Positions 1 through 12,845 of a stretch of DNA of 64,000 bases are shown here, piece by piece (the first letter of the stretch is position 1; each line of letters opens with the position of its first letter). The stretch spans positions 3,100,001 through 3,164,000 of the forward strand of contig JBHGNT010000002.1 of assembly GCA_043228905.1 (NCBI GenBank), given 5' to 3'. This DNA is from Azolla caroliniana. Its lineage: Eukaryota; Plantae; Polypodiophyta. Both the position numbers and the translations under genes were made by a program. The notes beneath the pieces are model-generated. The model made no database searches. It was given only the letters and a program-made list of their open reading frames with translations, and was not told the DNA's origin.

Positions 1-619
1 GGGAGTACTGAAGACACTACGCAATAACGCGTGGATTCCGCAACCACGCAACAAAGCCGCGAAGAAAGATGCAAGCCGAAGCACAGACTTCGTAACTATG
101 CACAACGCAAGCTGGAGCACGGATTTCGCAACTCCGCATACATGCGAGTCGACACGAGTTGACGCGGACTCTAGAACGTGAGTTAAAGCGGATTTCGGAT
201 ACAGTCTAAAACCAACCCGACTTGAGCTTGAGGGGGTGTGTTGAGAATCAAGCTCAACTTGGTCTAGTGTGTGAACTCACCTTGAGAGTGAAGAGACACT
301 CCAACGGTCAAGAGTCACCATTATGTCACCACTTTGTATTCTAGCATTTAGTATGAGTCATAGAATCATATTCTATGACACATAACTTATGAGCTTTCAC
401 ATTCCCCTTGCTCCATGAGCCTTGTAGTTAATGAAGAGAGAGGGTGACTACATAAAGCACCCTCCTCCCACCTTGTAAAATGTTGAGTCTTTCTCCTTTG
501 TCAATATACTTTTACCTTGCGTATTCTCTGTGTTTCACTCTCTCTCCCTCTCTCTCTTACACACACACATAACTCACATCTCTTCCACTTCACAAGAATC
601 CATCTCTTGATTCTTTACA
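1..619 (+). mobile_element. 3' end of an LTR retrotransposon, probably Ty1/copia: 3' UTR, PPT 230-238, 3' LTR 239-619, inserted into the gag of A1
   Basis: GAGGGGGTG is followed by TGTTGAGAAT...ATTCTTTACA (imperfect terminal IR). Sequence from 620 resumes the family-A gag exactly as in intact copies. Confidence 0.75.
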
Positions 620-2087
620 CCGACTCTCTTTGCCGTTCGGCCTCTTCCCGCTGTGATGGCACGCCGCCGTGCGCCTTCCTCCTAGCCTTCTCGGCTCGCT
701 CGTCATCCAGCCGTTGGCATACCCTTCCGAATTTCGACTAGTCCTCCATAAGGCCATTTGCTCTGTCCTCGTCTTCGAGCTCAATCCCGATGGCCTCCCG
801 TTCCGCTCGGTCGATCGACTTAACGAACAACAGGACTTTGTCTGCCCCCACCAAACCTTGTTCCTGCTCCGGGAGCCGAGCAAGCCGTCGTTGGAACTCT
901 CGGAACGCCTTCGTTGCGCCCTGGTGGGTCTTCGCCAATGCAACCCACTTGTCGAAGCCGCGTCGTCCCCGGCTCTTCCGACGTCCTCCATATGCCTACA
1001 GGTGCGCCTCTTCGAAGGCCTCCCACGAACTATGACCTTCTCGTAGCTCCTTCACTTTTGCGTGCATACGAACGACGAAGACCCGACAGAAGAACTCTAG
1101 CCTCAACGCCTCGTCTACGTCTCGCTCCTCCATTTCCGCGTTGTAGGCTTCCAAGTAGAATGGGACTTTGTCCCCATTGAAACGACCGACTCTTTCGACC
1201 ACTCATTGAACAGCTCGTTGCGCCGCCTCGCTTCTTGTTGTTGCTCGACCAAACTCCCTCACCGCTTAGACAAAAAGTTGTGCGATGTCGTCTTCTTCCA
1301 ACTCCATTCTCCCTTGCCACCTATCACATCGGGTTCACCAAATATGTCGCGTTGTTACGCGTGTGTTGGTAGAAAGGGCGGGACCACGGGGGTCTCGGAC
1401 GAGGGAGAAAAGGGATGCCAAGAAAACCGACTCTGGACACGTTCCAGAGGCTACCGAACACGAGAGAGAGAGAGAGTGAGAGCTTGTGCGCAACACCGAC
1501 TCCAATGTACAAAAATAAAGGGGGTAGAAAAACTCGGCACCATCAGAGATGCGGGTGTGCACAACCAAACATATATATATATATTACAAGAAGAAGATAC
1601 AACCCTGGCTTCGAGTCGGACCTAGGAAGCTCAGGACACAATAGTTGTCTACTGCCAAGCCGTCTGTCGGGGAGCTCTCGGGCTTGTTGTGCCGAGCGAG
1701 GTCTTGCGCAGGAGACAGGGCCGAAACAGAACTGCTAGATGCCAGGACTTGCTCACCCCAAAATGACGAAGAAGAAGCAGAACTAGATGAAACCCTAGGC
1801 AAGAGAAAATAAAGAAAACAAGAAACTAACTTACTTCGAACCTAACGGTATACCCTCCTAACTCAAAATGGGCAACCCCTCTCTACAAGGGACCCTCGCT
1901 TCCTTTTATAGAGCAAGGAGAGGAATGCGTTACAATGTGGGATAAATCCCGACTTACATGGGATTCTCTGTCCCGACTTAACTCCTATTTATTCACATGT
2001 TTTTACAAGGGTAAGTGCATATGGTGCACTCCACCGATTCTTTCGATATTCCCCGGTTTCTGACCATGGCCCAGAATCTTCACGACA
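620..2087 (-). mobile_element. Gag-only LTR element copy A1, 5' part: 5' LTR 1345-2087, PBS ~1324-1340, decayed gag ~1300-620
   Basis: TG..CA LTR homologous to the other A LTRs. TGGTGAACCCGATGTGA follows it on the minus strand. Peptide RFNGDKVPFYLEAYNAEMEERDVDEALRLEFFCR. Confidence 0.85.
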
Positions 2088-3718
2088 ACGTGTTCTCGTT
2101 CCCGGCCCCCCGTTGTGCTGTCTTCCGCTTTCCTTGTTCGGCACCACCTGTGCCAAACACCGTCCCGTACTCATGCTTCGCTTTGGCCCTTGATGGCTAC
2201 ATGCACGTCTTCCATTTCGCTTTCGGGTGTGCCCTTTCCGGCTCGACACACCGCTCCTTAACCGGGTGTCCCCGACAACTTACCGTAAAATCACCCTTGC
2301 CATGTCCCGGCTCGCATGGCTTCCAATCCGTTCACGTAACGCCTTGGGTGATCGGTGCGTCTGTTGTTGCCGCCTTCGTCCCCTTGCCGCCACCTTCCAT
2401 TACCCTCAGTCTCACGTTGCCACGTTGGCCGAATAGTCGGGGTCTCCGAACAGGTGTGAAGGATCCTTCTCGGCCTTCATCTTGTTGGCTCACCGACTCG
2501 TGTACCAAGCACGTCCAATCTTTGTCTTGCCAACTCTGTCGGTCGGGTCCGTATCCGGTTTGTGGCCGTCTCGCTGGCCTCATACCTTTCTTTGCTTTGC
2601 TTCCCTTCATCCGATCACGTTCTGCTTCCCTTCTCTCTAGGTCTCACGCCGGCACTTTGTCGCCAGTAGCCGGAGTCTCCGGATTGGTGTGAGTGTCTTC
2701 AAGGGACCTCCCCCTTGTCGTCTTCGGTTGCCCGCCTTGCCGTTTTCCTCTTGCCGTAGTCCCGACCTCTACGTCGGCCTCTTCTGATGGTCACGTTCTT
2801 GCTGCCACCGTTCTCTCCTATAGGACTCACGTCAGCACTCGGGTTGACCGCCGGATCGGTGTGAGGAACTTCGTAGAACGCCCATCCGCAGTCTTTCGCC
2901 TTCGTCCCCTCGCTGCCACTGTTCGTCACTCTAGGTCTCACGCCGGCTCTCAGGCCAACCGCCGGAGTCTCTAGAACCGGTGTGAAGGATACTCCTCGGG
3001 CTCGTCATATCTCTGACCCTTATCCTGGGTCATCTTTCTCCGCAAGTCAAGAGGGTGGCTCGCTCCACACCCTTTCCCGTGGTACCGACGTACTGTGTTC
3101 CTGGTCTCTCCATAGGCCCACTCTCTCCTCCCTCCCGGATCAGTTATCCGGAAGTCCGCTCTGCTCGGTTCTCGTCCGGGTTCGTCCGTCATTCTCTAGA
3201 TTGCCGGGTCCCATTCTCCTACCGCCATTGTTAGTATCTTGGTCTTACGTCGAATCCGATGCCGACCTCCGGAGTCTCTAGATCCGGTGTGAGGTGACCC
3301 ATAGGACCGGTCTTCGCTCTCCGCTTCGTCCCTTGTACTTCCCCCGAACTCGTCGTCGCTCTCCTTCTTGTGCTCCCGCCTCCATCTTCCATCTCTTTCG
3401 GTCTCACGTTGGCACGCTGGACGAATTTCCGAAGTCTCCGGTCAAGATGTGGGGACACTGATTTCGTAACAACTCCCGATGACTCATCCGGGGCCACCGA
3501 CCCTTTTAGTGGTGTCGGTGGAAAGCATCCGCTCTATGATCGATCAAGCCCCGCCTGGGCTTGATTGTCCAATGTCTGGAGTTTCGACTCCGATGCCGAT
3601 TCTGCCGGACTCATTCCGTACCCTCGATCATTTCCCTTTCCATTCTCGACCTTCGCATGGTTGGTCTTTCTCCCTATGTAAAAGAGGGTGGCTTTTTCCG
3701 CACCCAATCTCGTACCGG
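2088..3718 (-). mobile_element. Internal hairpin-array segment of a family-A element (A2), host of A1 and A3
   Basis: Colinear with the arrays at 14.0-16.7 kb, 25-27 kb and 57.6-59.4 kb. Repeated CTCACGCCGG...CGGTGTGAGGA units. Confidence 0.8.
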
Positions 3719-4336
3719 TGTCACGAAGTTTCGTGCGTGCGTGTAGAAGGGCGGGACCACGAGGGTCTTGGACTAGGGAGTGACGGAGCATAGGAAGTCG
3801 TGCTTCACCATTTCCGGGGCATCCCAGAAGCACACCGGAAGCAACCGAAGGGAGAGAGAGAGAGAGAGAGCAGGCACGCAACATTGACTCTCTGTTGCCT
3901 CTTAGGAAACAGGGTCTGTGGTTAGTCCTTCGACCTAGACCCCAAGGTGGGTGTGGAACAACGAACAGAGCTTAATCGTACTACGTAAGGAGGGAACCTA
4001 TGTGACTCCGCTATGTGTAAGGGGAGATGGCTACAACCGACTCCTTCTCATAGGTTGCGCTTATGTACTACACGATTACGTATCCGAGACACTAACACTG
4101 AATTAGCCGTAGCTATACACAGAAACTCAGAGAAGATAGTATTCTATTATCAGGCGTTCTTTTTACAATTCCCAGAATTTACACACACCTCCTTACAAGG
4201 TTTTCTGCCCTTTATATATGCAAGGTCTAATTAGCTGTTCACGCGTACCCGCTTGAACCGTTACATACGTTACGCTTTATATAGTTTCTTATTCCTACGC
4301 TTTTGGCCGTCGGTTACTATTCCGGCGGACAACACC

Positions 4337-4352
4337 TGGCACGCCTGTGGGA
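4337..4352 (+). promoter_or_regulatory. Inverted PBS-like motif TGGCACGCCTGTGGGA at the PPT position of element B
   Basis: 2 nt from the 3' LTR. The first 9 nt are identical to the element's own PBS. No purine tract abuts this LTR. Confidence 0.7.
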
Positions 4353-4381
4353 TAGTGCCTTTGCACATCGGACCCATCCCG

Positions 4382-7314
4382 TTAATCTTCTTCCAAAATG
4401 CCTCGGATGTTTGGCTCTGTTGTGGTGTCCTCGGCCGGAGTTGATGTAGGGCCCGTAGGAGCATCGTGGTGCAGCTCCTCTGCTTGGTCGGCCTGGTTTG
4501 TCCCGGAGTCACCTTCGCCGTGTGCGGGTGGTCCGGGTACGGTGGGCTCTTCTTGAGTTCGTGGACTGGGCTCCGCCGGTAGGGTGCTTGCCGTCGGCTG
4601 CTGCTCTGCCTCTATTGTTACGTCCTCCGCGGTGTTGGCCGTTTTTGTGTGTCCCTGGGCGTGGGGAGGGGATTCCACCTGGTCCGCACTATTTTCCACG
4701 TTTTCTGAAGATGGTGTAGGCTGGACCTTTTGTTGGTTAATCGTTTCGCTGTCTGGTCTTGTGGGGAACTCCGCTCGTTCGTCCCTGCTATTCTCCTCCG
4801 TTGTCCTCGCTGGTGATCGGTCCTGGGGTTCCTCTTCTTCGGCTGGGCCTGGAATTGGTGTCTCGCTGGGTTCCTCGTTTGTATGTGTGTTGCCGGTTTG
4901 TGTGATCTGGTGAAATAGCTCCTCCTGACTTTCACCAAAATTATCTAAGAGTTGTGTGAGTTCTTCGGAGTGTTGGTCTGCTAACGTGCGATAGTCTTGC
5001 GCTAGGTCCTCCTATACGGTCGCAATGCTCTCCTCATTTAGCTTATAAAACCCTCGGTCGTCTTTCCGCCGGTTCTCCTAGTCCGCACGATACGTGTGCA
5101 ATTCCGCTGCTTGGGTTGCCCACGCTATCCATCCTTTGTCCAACGCCGTTTTCAATTGCGATGTGAACCTTTCCCGGTTGGTTTGGAGAAGGATGCGCAC
5201 GTTATCCGTGATGGCCTGCCAGCAGTTGCGTCTTCCATCGACTTCTGGAGATTTGCGATTTCCTACTGTTTAACGGCTGCCGCTTCCTCATACGTGGCCT
5301 TCAGGCCCGCCCACAGCTGAGATTCCTTTTCATGCTGTTTTTCTAATTTCCCCATTTCATTGTTTAGGCAGATTTCGAGTTGATGCCGTCTGTCTTGTTC
5401 GACTACCAACTGTTCATCGAACCATACCTTCTTTTTCTCTAATAAGGCCCGAAGTCCCGCTATTGCCGCCTCTGATTTCTTGGCGTCCTCTCGTAATTGG
5501 GCGTTGTCGTCTTTTGTCCGGATGTGTTGTGCCACCTCCGTAGCTAGTTTCTCTTCAAGCGTTTTTACGGCTTTTCGTCCGTTAGCCCGTATCTCCTTTT
5601 CTCTGTCGGAGGATTGGTGTAGCTCTGCTCGAAGGCGGTCAATTTTGGATTCCGCTAGTTGCACGGCCCTTTTTGCTTTTGAGGCGATGGCGGTCTGAGC
5701 CTCGATTTCTTCTTTGCGAGCGTCGATAACGTGGTTCGGTGGCTGGGTTTCGTGTTGCGCCGTAGTTGTATGAGCTTCTAACTCCGCAATGCGTGCGTTG
5801 TCCTTTTGTAGTTCGGCTTCGGTCAGTTTAACCTTCTTCCAGACATTCTTATTTTTTATGGCCATCTCCTTGGCACCTGTGCTGACCTTTGCCAATTCCC
5901 GATGGACTTCGACTAGGGCCGTGTTTAAGGGTGGTATCTCCATCCCTACTCGCCGTACCCCAGCGTTCCTCTGTCTGCCAACCCTAGCCAGCTGGTCCTC
6001 ATCGTTGCTCTCCGTTGTTTGTGTTAGGGCGCGCTCTATCATTTGTTGTTCTGCATGCTCCTCGGCCATGCGTTGAGCGGGTTTGACCTGTTGTGCTGCC
6101 AGGAACTCCATGAGCTTGAAAGAGGTCCCGAACTGCAAGAGGGCACTGAATTCGTGGGCCGTATCCGGAATATCCGGATATGCCAAAACCTCGCTTTCCG
6201 CCGTCAATACGGCTTTCCCTCGCTGGGACCGAGTCGTAATAATCAGCCACGGCTCCCGGATGATTTCGAAGGTGGTATTGGGCTCTGCTGTTGCGGGGCC
6301 TTCGCCTGCGGTTGGTGCCTCCGGATCTGTGGGGGCATTTTTTACCATCCCCCACCCATCCTTTCTGTCCAATCTACGTCGTTTGGGTCTAGGGCTTTCC
6401 CCTCGTGCTTCGGTGGCTGGTCTGGGGCAGCCTCCATGGGGTGTCTCGGCTATTCCTCCTGCGTCGCCTGTATATCCGGTTGGTCGGTAGGAGGTGTTGT
6501 CCTTGGGTCTAGTTGGGCCGGTTGGGGTTCCTCCTCCCATGCTGGGGCCGCTAATTCCGCTAACCTGCGTTTCGCGGAGCGGGGCGGGGCCGTGGGTTGG
6601 CTACTGGGCTGTGGTGCTGGTAGACCTCGGGGTGGAAACAGTACCGTAAAGTATTGTTGGATGATTGGCCTGAGCTTTTTGCCTGCTTGGTACGCATGCA
6701 AGCCTTCCCATAACGCCGGCCCTGTGATGACCCCCCAGTCGACTGTACGCCCCTCAAAGGTGTCGATAATGATGCCCGCCTTCTGTTTAGGCATCCCGTA
6801 AGCATTGACATGGACGCAGCCTACTTCCAGTAGGAACTTGGCCACTTCACGGAAGAAGGGATCCGGAATCTGTTTTGTTCGGCGGAGGATGAGTATGGGC
6901 AAAATACCGCTGCAGCGCCTCTGTAGGAGGTATTTTGAAATGTCTTTCGCCTAGTGAAGATAGGTCTAACTTCCTCCGAATGGAAGAGTTTGTGACTGTG
7001 TCGATGTTAAGCCGCCTGGCGATGTCCATGGCGTCCGGGTGCGGAGGTGCTTCTGCGACCCGAATATAACCATCCAGGCGCTTCTCCACGAGCCATCGGC
7101 GTAGGGCAGTAGAGATGAAGATCGGCATCGCCAGGGTAGGTTCGTGGAGAGGCGACAGGTAGTAGTGGTGAGTTGGAGCTCTGAGATGTGATGGGGAAGA
7201 AGGTGAGGAGGAGCGATGGGAGCGTTGATAGCTAGACGTTGTGTTTCTGCTTTGTGCAAAAAACCTTCTATTTCCTTCTTTTTGTGGCTTAGGGTTCCTT
7301 GGGCGGTGAGCCAT
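4382..7314 (-). pseudogene. Extra sense-strand ORF downstream of pol in element B, frameshifted: globular N-terminus, long coiled coil, Pro/Thr/Glu-rich tail
   Basis: Consecutive ORF pieces 7314-6847, 6902-6450, 6540-5263 (425 aa, E/K/A/L heptad-rich) and 4699-4382, all inside the LTRs. Confidence 0.7.
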
Positions 7315-7439
7315 TGTGGTGCCGCGTGTTCTTGAACTAGGATTTTGTGCATGCCTTTAGTCGTTTTAATAGTCGCTATCTTCTCTCTTTTTTATTTTTC
7401 TTTTTTTCCTAAAGGTTAGTTACCCCTTATTTTTACATT

Positions 7440-10400
7440 ATAGTACAATTGGGCCTGTCCCTTTTACGCTGCAGCGGGTTCTCCGGCTTTGTCACGTTCG
7501 GCAGTGAATGGGTTAGGTGGTGTAGGGCCTAGGTAAGGTTTGAGCCGAAACCCATTCACTTTTTGCCGTACTATTTCTCCAGCCAGTGTTCCTAGTCGGA
7601 ACGTGCCCTGTTCCGCTCCAATTATCCAGTATGGGCCGGTTCAGTGGAAACGTAGCTTACCCGGCATCTGGCCCATGCATGTTTGAAAAACTAGCACTGC
7701 TCGGCCCACGACGAACTCCTTTTCCCTTGCGCTCTGATGCTGATCGACAAATGCTTTACGCCATCGCTGTTCTTCTTCCAACACAGCCATGCTGTGGACG
7801 CGTTTCTCCCCTAGTTCGAGGAGTTGGTAGAGCCGTTCCTCCTCTGACTTGGCTTCTAATAATCGGTTCCGTACCTAAATGCGCAAACTAGGTACCCGGA
7901 ATTCAATCGGCATTACCGCTTCTAGTCCAAACGCTAGCCGGAACGGTGTTGACCGTATGCTTGTTTTGTAACTAGTTCTGTACGCCCATAATGCGCTCTG
8001 GAGTTTTGGTATCCCAGTCCGTTCAGTTTTTATTGACGGTTTTCTTTAAAATGGTCTGTAAAGTTTTGTTCGTGGATTCCGCTAATCCATTCGCCTGCGG
8101 GTAGTATGGCGTGCTTTTCTTGTGGACGACTGTGTAATGCTGTGTTAGTTCCCGAACCACTGTATTGAGGAAGTGCCTCCCCTGGTCACTAATGACCTCA
8201 ATCGGGCAGCCGAACCGACACCAGATGTGCTCGTACAGAAATTTGGCTGTGACGACCGCCGTATTTTCCCGTAGTGCCTTTGCTTCTACCCATTTGGTAC
8301 AGTAATCCGTGGCTACCAATATGTATTTGTTACCCGTACGGGCTGCTGCTGGTGTGAAGGGCCCCACAAAATCCAATCCCCACATTTGGAAGGGGTCTAG
8401 TGGTAGCACGGGCTAGTGTGGCATCCTTGCGTCCTCCGCGGGCTGACCCATCCGCTGGCACAAATCACACTTTCTACAATACTCGGATGTGTCCTTCTGT
8501 GTTGTTGGCCACCATAAGCCCGCCTGCCATACTTTGCGGGCTGTCACGTTGCCTGCGTAATGGCCGCCGGCCGTGCCGCATTGTGCCTCCCGTAACACTG
8601 CTTCTTTTTCATCCTGACGGACTCCTCGTCGCCAAATGCCGTCACTTCCTTTGTGATATAAATACCCTTCGACCAGGCAGAAGTGACGGCTTCGAACGGC
8701 TAGTCGTTTCTTCTCGTCTGTGCGTAATTGTGGTGGAGGTAGTCCTGTAGTCAAAAAGTACGTCATTTCCATAAGCCATCGATCCGGAAAGGTGGATTCT
8801 GTTTTTTTTGCAATTGTCGCTACTCGCCAGATGTCGGCGTCCGGAAAATCGTCGTCGTCTTTCTGTACTGTTTCTCCACTCACAAGTCTACTCAAAAAAT
8901 CCGCCACTGCGTGTTGCGTCCCTAGCCGGTGCTGAATTACGAACTCGAATTCCTGGAGCAGCAGCATCCACCGCGCCAATTTCCCTGTCAGGGCTTGTTT
9001 CTCTACCAAATACAATAATGCCGAATGATCTACGTGGAACGTGAATTTCTGTCCTAGTAAATAATGTCGGAATTTATTGATGCTATAGATCATCCCTAGC
9101 GCCTCCCACTCTGTTGTGGAATAGTTACGCTCTGCTGCTGATAATTTACGACTTGCGTAGTATACTGGCCTGTACCAGTTTGGTTCGGTAAGTTGCATTA
9201 GCGCGCTTCCTATTGTTGTGTCCGAGGCGTCGACGAACACGTGAAATGGTATCGCCCAAACTGAAGGTTGTACTACGGGGGCCTGTGTAAGCATTATCTT
9301 AAGTGCCTCATATGCCTTATCCTCTGTTGCAGTCCATTGAAAAGGAGTCCGATGTACGGCAGCGTGTAGTGGCGTGGCGAAGTCCGCCAAATACCGTATC
9401 ATCCGACTATGCCACCATATTTGGCCCAAAAACCGACTAAGTGCTTTGGCATTTGTCAGAGTTTTAGCTTGCGTAATAGCGGAGATCTTGTTTGGGTCGA
9501 CCGCTATTCCTTCCTTGCTGACTATGTGGCCCAGGAGAGCCCCGCTGGTCACGCCGAATGCACATTTCGCGGGATTCAGGCTTAAGGGTGCAATGCGGCA
9601 ACGTTCCAGGCAAAGACGTAAGTGCGAGAAATGGTCTTTTGTTCGCCCATATACCGCAAAATCATCTAAAAAGAATGTATTCCCCAAAGATCTCCGTAAT
9701 CGTTCGTTGGAATGTTGCCGGTGCTGTCTTTAGGCCGAACATCATGATGACCGCCACATATACTCCCCAGTCCGTGACAAATGCCATCTTCTCCTGGTCG
9801 TCGGGGTGCGTGCGCACTTGGTTATAGCCACTGAAGCCATCTAAGAAACTGTACATCTCATGGCCTGCGACGGCGTCCAGCACGCTATCAGTGAAGGGTA
9901 AGGGAAATGCATCCGTAATGGTTACGACGTTTAATTTTCGGTAATCCATGCATACCCGTATTTTGCCGTTTTTCTTTGGGACAACCACTATCGGGCTAAG
10001 CCATGTCGGTTGTTTTACTGGTCGTATGAACCCAGCCCTCAGCAGCTTGTCAATTTCTTCTTTCACACGGGTCGCGTAATTGGGGTTCATGCGGTAGCGA
10101 CGCTGCTGGACAGGTTTCGCGTTCGTTGCTAAATTGATCTTATGCTGATAGAACTTGGGATCTAACCCCTTCATGTCCTCATGAGCCCACACGAACACAT
10201 CTTTATATTCTGTGAGTAGTGCGATCATTGTGGTTCTCTGGTCCAGCCTCAATTCCTTTGCTATGGAGAGGAACCGGGGTTCCGATCCTGTACCCACATT
10301 CACTTCGTCGAGAGCGGAAGCGGTGACCTGTCGTGAAATCTCCATTTCCCTTTCGGAGGCCGCCCGTGCTCTGCTAAGTTCCAATATGGACTCTGGGTTT

Positions 10401-10990
10401 GGTTCGTACGGCTCTTCGCTCGGAACAATGGCCGTAGTATATTCTGCCGCAATTGCGATGACATCTATCTCAAACAGCGGAATAATCCGAGGATGTTCGT
10501 CAAGGTACGCTTCCAATTCGGCATCCTCCACCCTAGGTAGCATATTGATGTCTTCCGCATATAACGGTGTTATCCCCTTAGGTTGGGGCGTGTTGCCTCC
10601 TGTAGGAACACGAACCTTGATGTGTTCCTACCGAAAACTGATACACTCGTGTTGCCAGCTCTGCTTGATATTTGCTGTCCGAAGCCATGGTCTGCCCAGA
10701 AGCACTGGGTACGCTCCAGGCGCGTCCAAAGCGAGGACGACCGCCGATATGTCGAAGCGGTGTCCACCCACGATGATGCCTATTTTGCGAATTAGCCCCA
10801 ACGGCCGCACTGATTGGGTATCTGCCATGCGAAGCCAGAATGGACATGCCTCCCATTCGGAAATGCCCAGCTGTTCGCAAGTTTTCGCGCTAATCACATT
10901 GACGCCTAAGCCGCCGTCGATTACACATCCAGGGACTTCCTGTCCGTGCAATATTACTGTAATGGCCGGGTTGTGTTAATCTACCACTGG
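7440..10990 (-). pseudogene. pol: pol of element B: protease, RT, RNase H, integrase with GPY/F motif (frameshifted)
   Basis: CVIDGG; KNGKIRVCMDYRKLN; YSFLDGFSGYNQV; FLDD; VFVDAS...YYASRKLSAAERNYSTTE; WGLDFVGPF...YYPQANGLAESTNK; GPYWI. Confidence 0.93.
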
Positions 10991-10999
10991 TGGTCCCTC

Positions 11000-12562
11000 G
11001 CTGACGTCAATCAGGTTTGTGGCAACGCTTGCCCCGGTCATGCCCACCACCTGTGCTTCCATGGTCTGGCGGAAACATGGAACTAGCTGTAGTAGTTTTT
11101 CCATAGTTAGCGTGATTTCACAGCCCGTTAACACCTACCAAATGGGGTCCGGCCCCAGTTTTTCGTTCTCTGTTTGCTTCATTGCATTCGCGGACTCCTG
11201 CCTCATACATTCCGTATTGGCCGCGTTTGCTTTTTCCACCCAGGCTTGGGCTTGTCGTCGTACCTCGTCCTGCGCAGCCCAATCCACCGTTTTCGTTTGC
11301 TGGCATGTGGTGACTTGTTGCACCTCCGCCATAATCGTGTTGACGGCGGGCCCCTTTCCCTTGCGTGCTGGGCATTGTGTGGCATAATGTCCGGGTTGCT
11401 AACAAATAAAACAGTGGATGCTTGATTCTCCCTTCTCAGCCCCACGTGGAGTGTGCCATTCTCCGGGCGCTACTTGCTCTTTGCGGTCCGGCCTCGTTTG
11501 TCGAGACGTACGCGGTGGCTGCTGTTGATCCTGGTGCCGCTCATCCCCCGACCTTTCGTCGTAACGCCGGTGATCCCTATATTCTTGAGGCTTACCTCGA
11601 TAGCCATTGAAGCCGCCCCGTTTGTTCATCGGGCGTTGATGTTCGTATCGCCGGCCTCCTTTGGCGTAACTCGGATGTCCACGATAATCCTCGTCCTCCG
11701 GGTCCTCCTCCTCGGACTCGTTGTGATTCCGGCGATTCTGGGTGTACCTGTCCTCCCGCGGGTTGCGATCCTTATACCGGGGTCGGTCTTCTTGCCTCCT
11801 TTGTTCCACCCGATGTGGTTGCCGCTGTGTGTCCACAGTGCGGATTGCGGGCGTGGCTCTATTTAACATATTGTACTTGCATTGGTCAACTGTGTGAACC
11901 TTCGAGTGGCAGATTGGGCAATGGATTCGCATATTGAACTCCACCGCGGAATTCCCCGAGTTCAAGCAAATCGTACACTGGATTGCCTGACGAAATTGGT
12001 GTTCCTCATCCTGGGGTAACGGTTGTCGTAAGGATGACATCGAGAACCTCTCCTGCTCGTCATCCAACTCGAGCTGTAACGCTCGTTCAATCACCATATC
12101 CGCCGTTTCCCCTTTCACGCTATTGCTGTTGAGCGTTGCCTTGATGGGCCGACGTAACGCTGCCAGAAATGTTTCCCGTGCCTCCTCCTCCTCGGGGCTT
12201 CGATCTAGTTTCCGTCGTAAATTTTGGAACCGTAAGCTGAAGTCTGCTATTGTCTCAGTCAGTAGTTGCTTAATTGTATAAAACTGCCCAAGAATCTCGC
12301 GTTGTGGAACCCTCCGGTGAAATAAACGCAAGAAGGCGGACTGGAGCTGATCGAAGGTTATTATGGCCGGTCAATCCATCTGTGAATGCCAGAACGTCGC
12401 ATGCCCATCTAATGTTAATCCGAACTCCGTCATTTTCGACTAGTGTGCCACCATCTCGGAAAGGTTTTGTGCCATGTGGTTCGCATTCCAAACGTTCAAG
12501 AACATGCGAACATGAGTTACGGCGTCGGTTTCGCCGTTAAAGCGGGGGTAGGCAAAGGCCAT
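11000..12562 (-). pseudogene. gag: gag of element B with zinc knuckles
   Basis: MAFAYPRFNGE; ETIADFSLRF (major-homology-like region); CPICHSKVHTVDQC; CFIC*QPGHYATQC. Confidence 0.85.
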
Positions 12563-12831
12563 CGTGGGAGCTACGGTGGATCGGAGAAGGTCACCGGGAG
12601 GCTGCGGTAAGCGTGGTCCCCTCACCTCGTTGAGGTATTTGGGGAGCAAGGACTCCTCTTTGCGCTCCTGGCAGGTATTACTGGGGTCGCCGATGCGTGG
12701 CTTTTGCGAGAGCGTTCTTTTGCCTGGCGTGTGACGGACCTTGTTACTGGCCGGTCTTGTCTTGTTGGTTCTCTGAGTCGTCTGCGGCTAAACATCCATT
12801 CGTTGTTGCTCGTCTGTGAGGAAACACAGAT

Positions 12832-12845
12832 CACCGGGCGTGCCA
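12832..12845 (-). promoter_or_regulatory. Primer binding site of element B, tRNA-Arg-like (TGGCACGCCCGGTG)
   Basis: 4 nt after the 5' LTR. Complementary to ...CACCGGGCGTGCCA, resembling the plant tRNA-Arg(UCU) 3' end as recalled. Confidence 0.8.
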
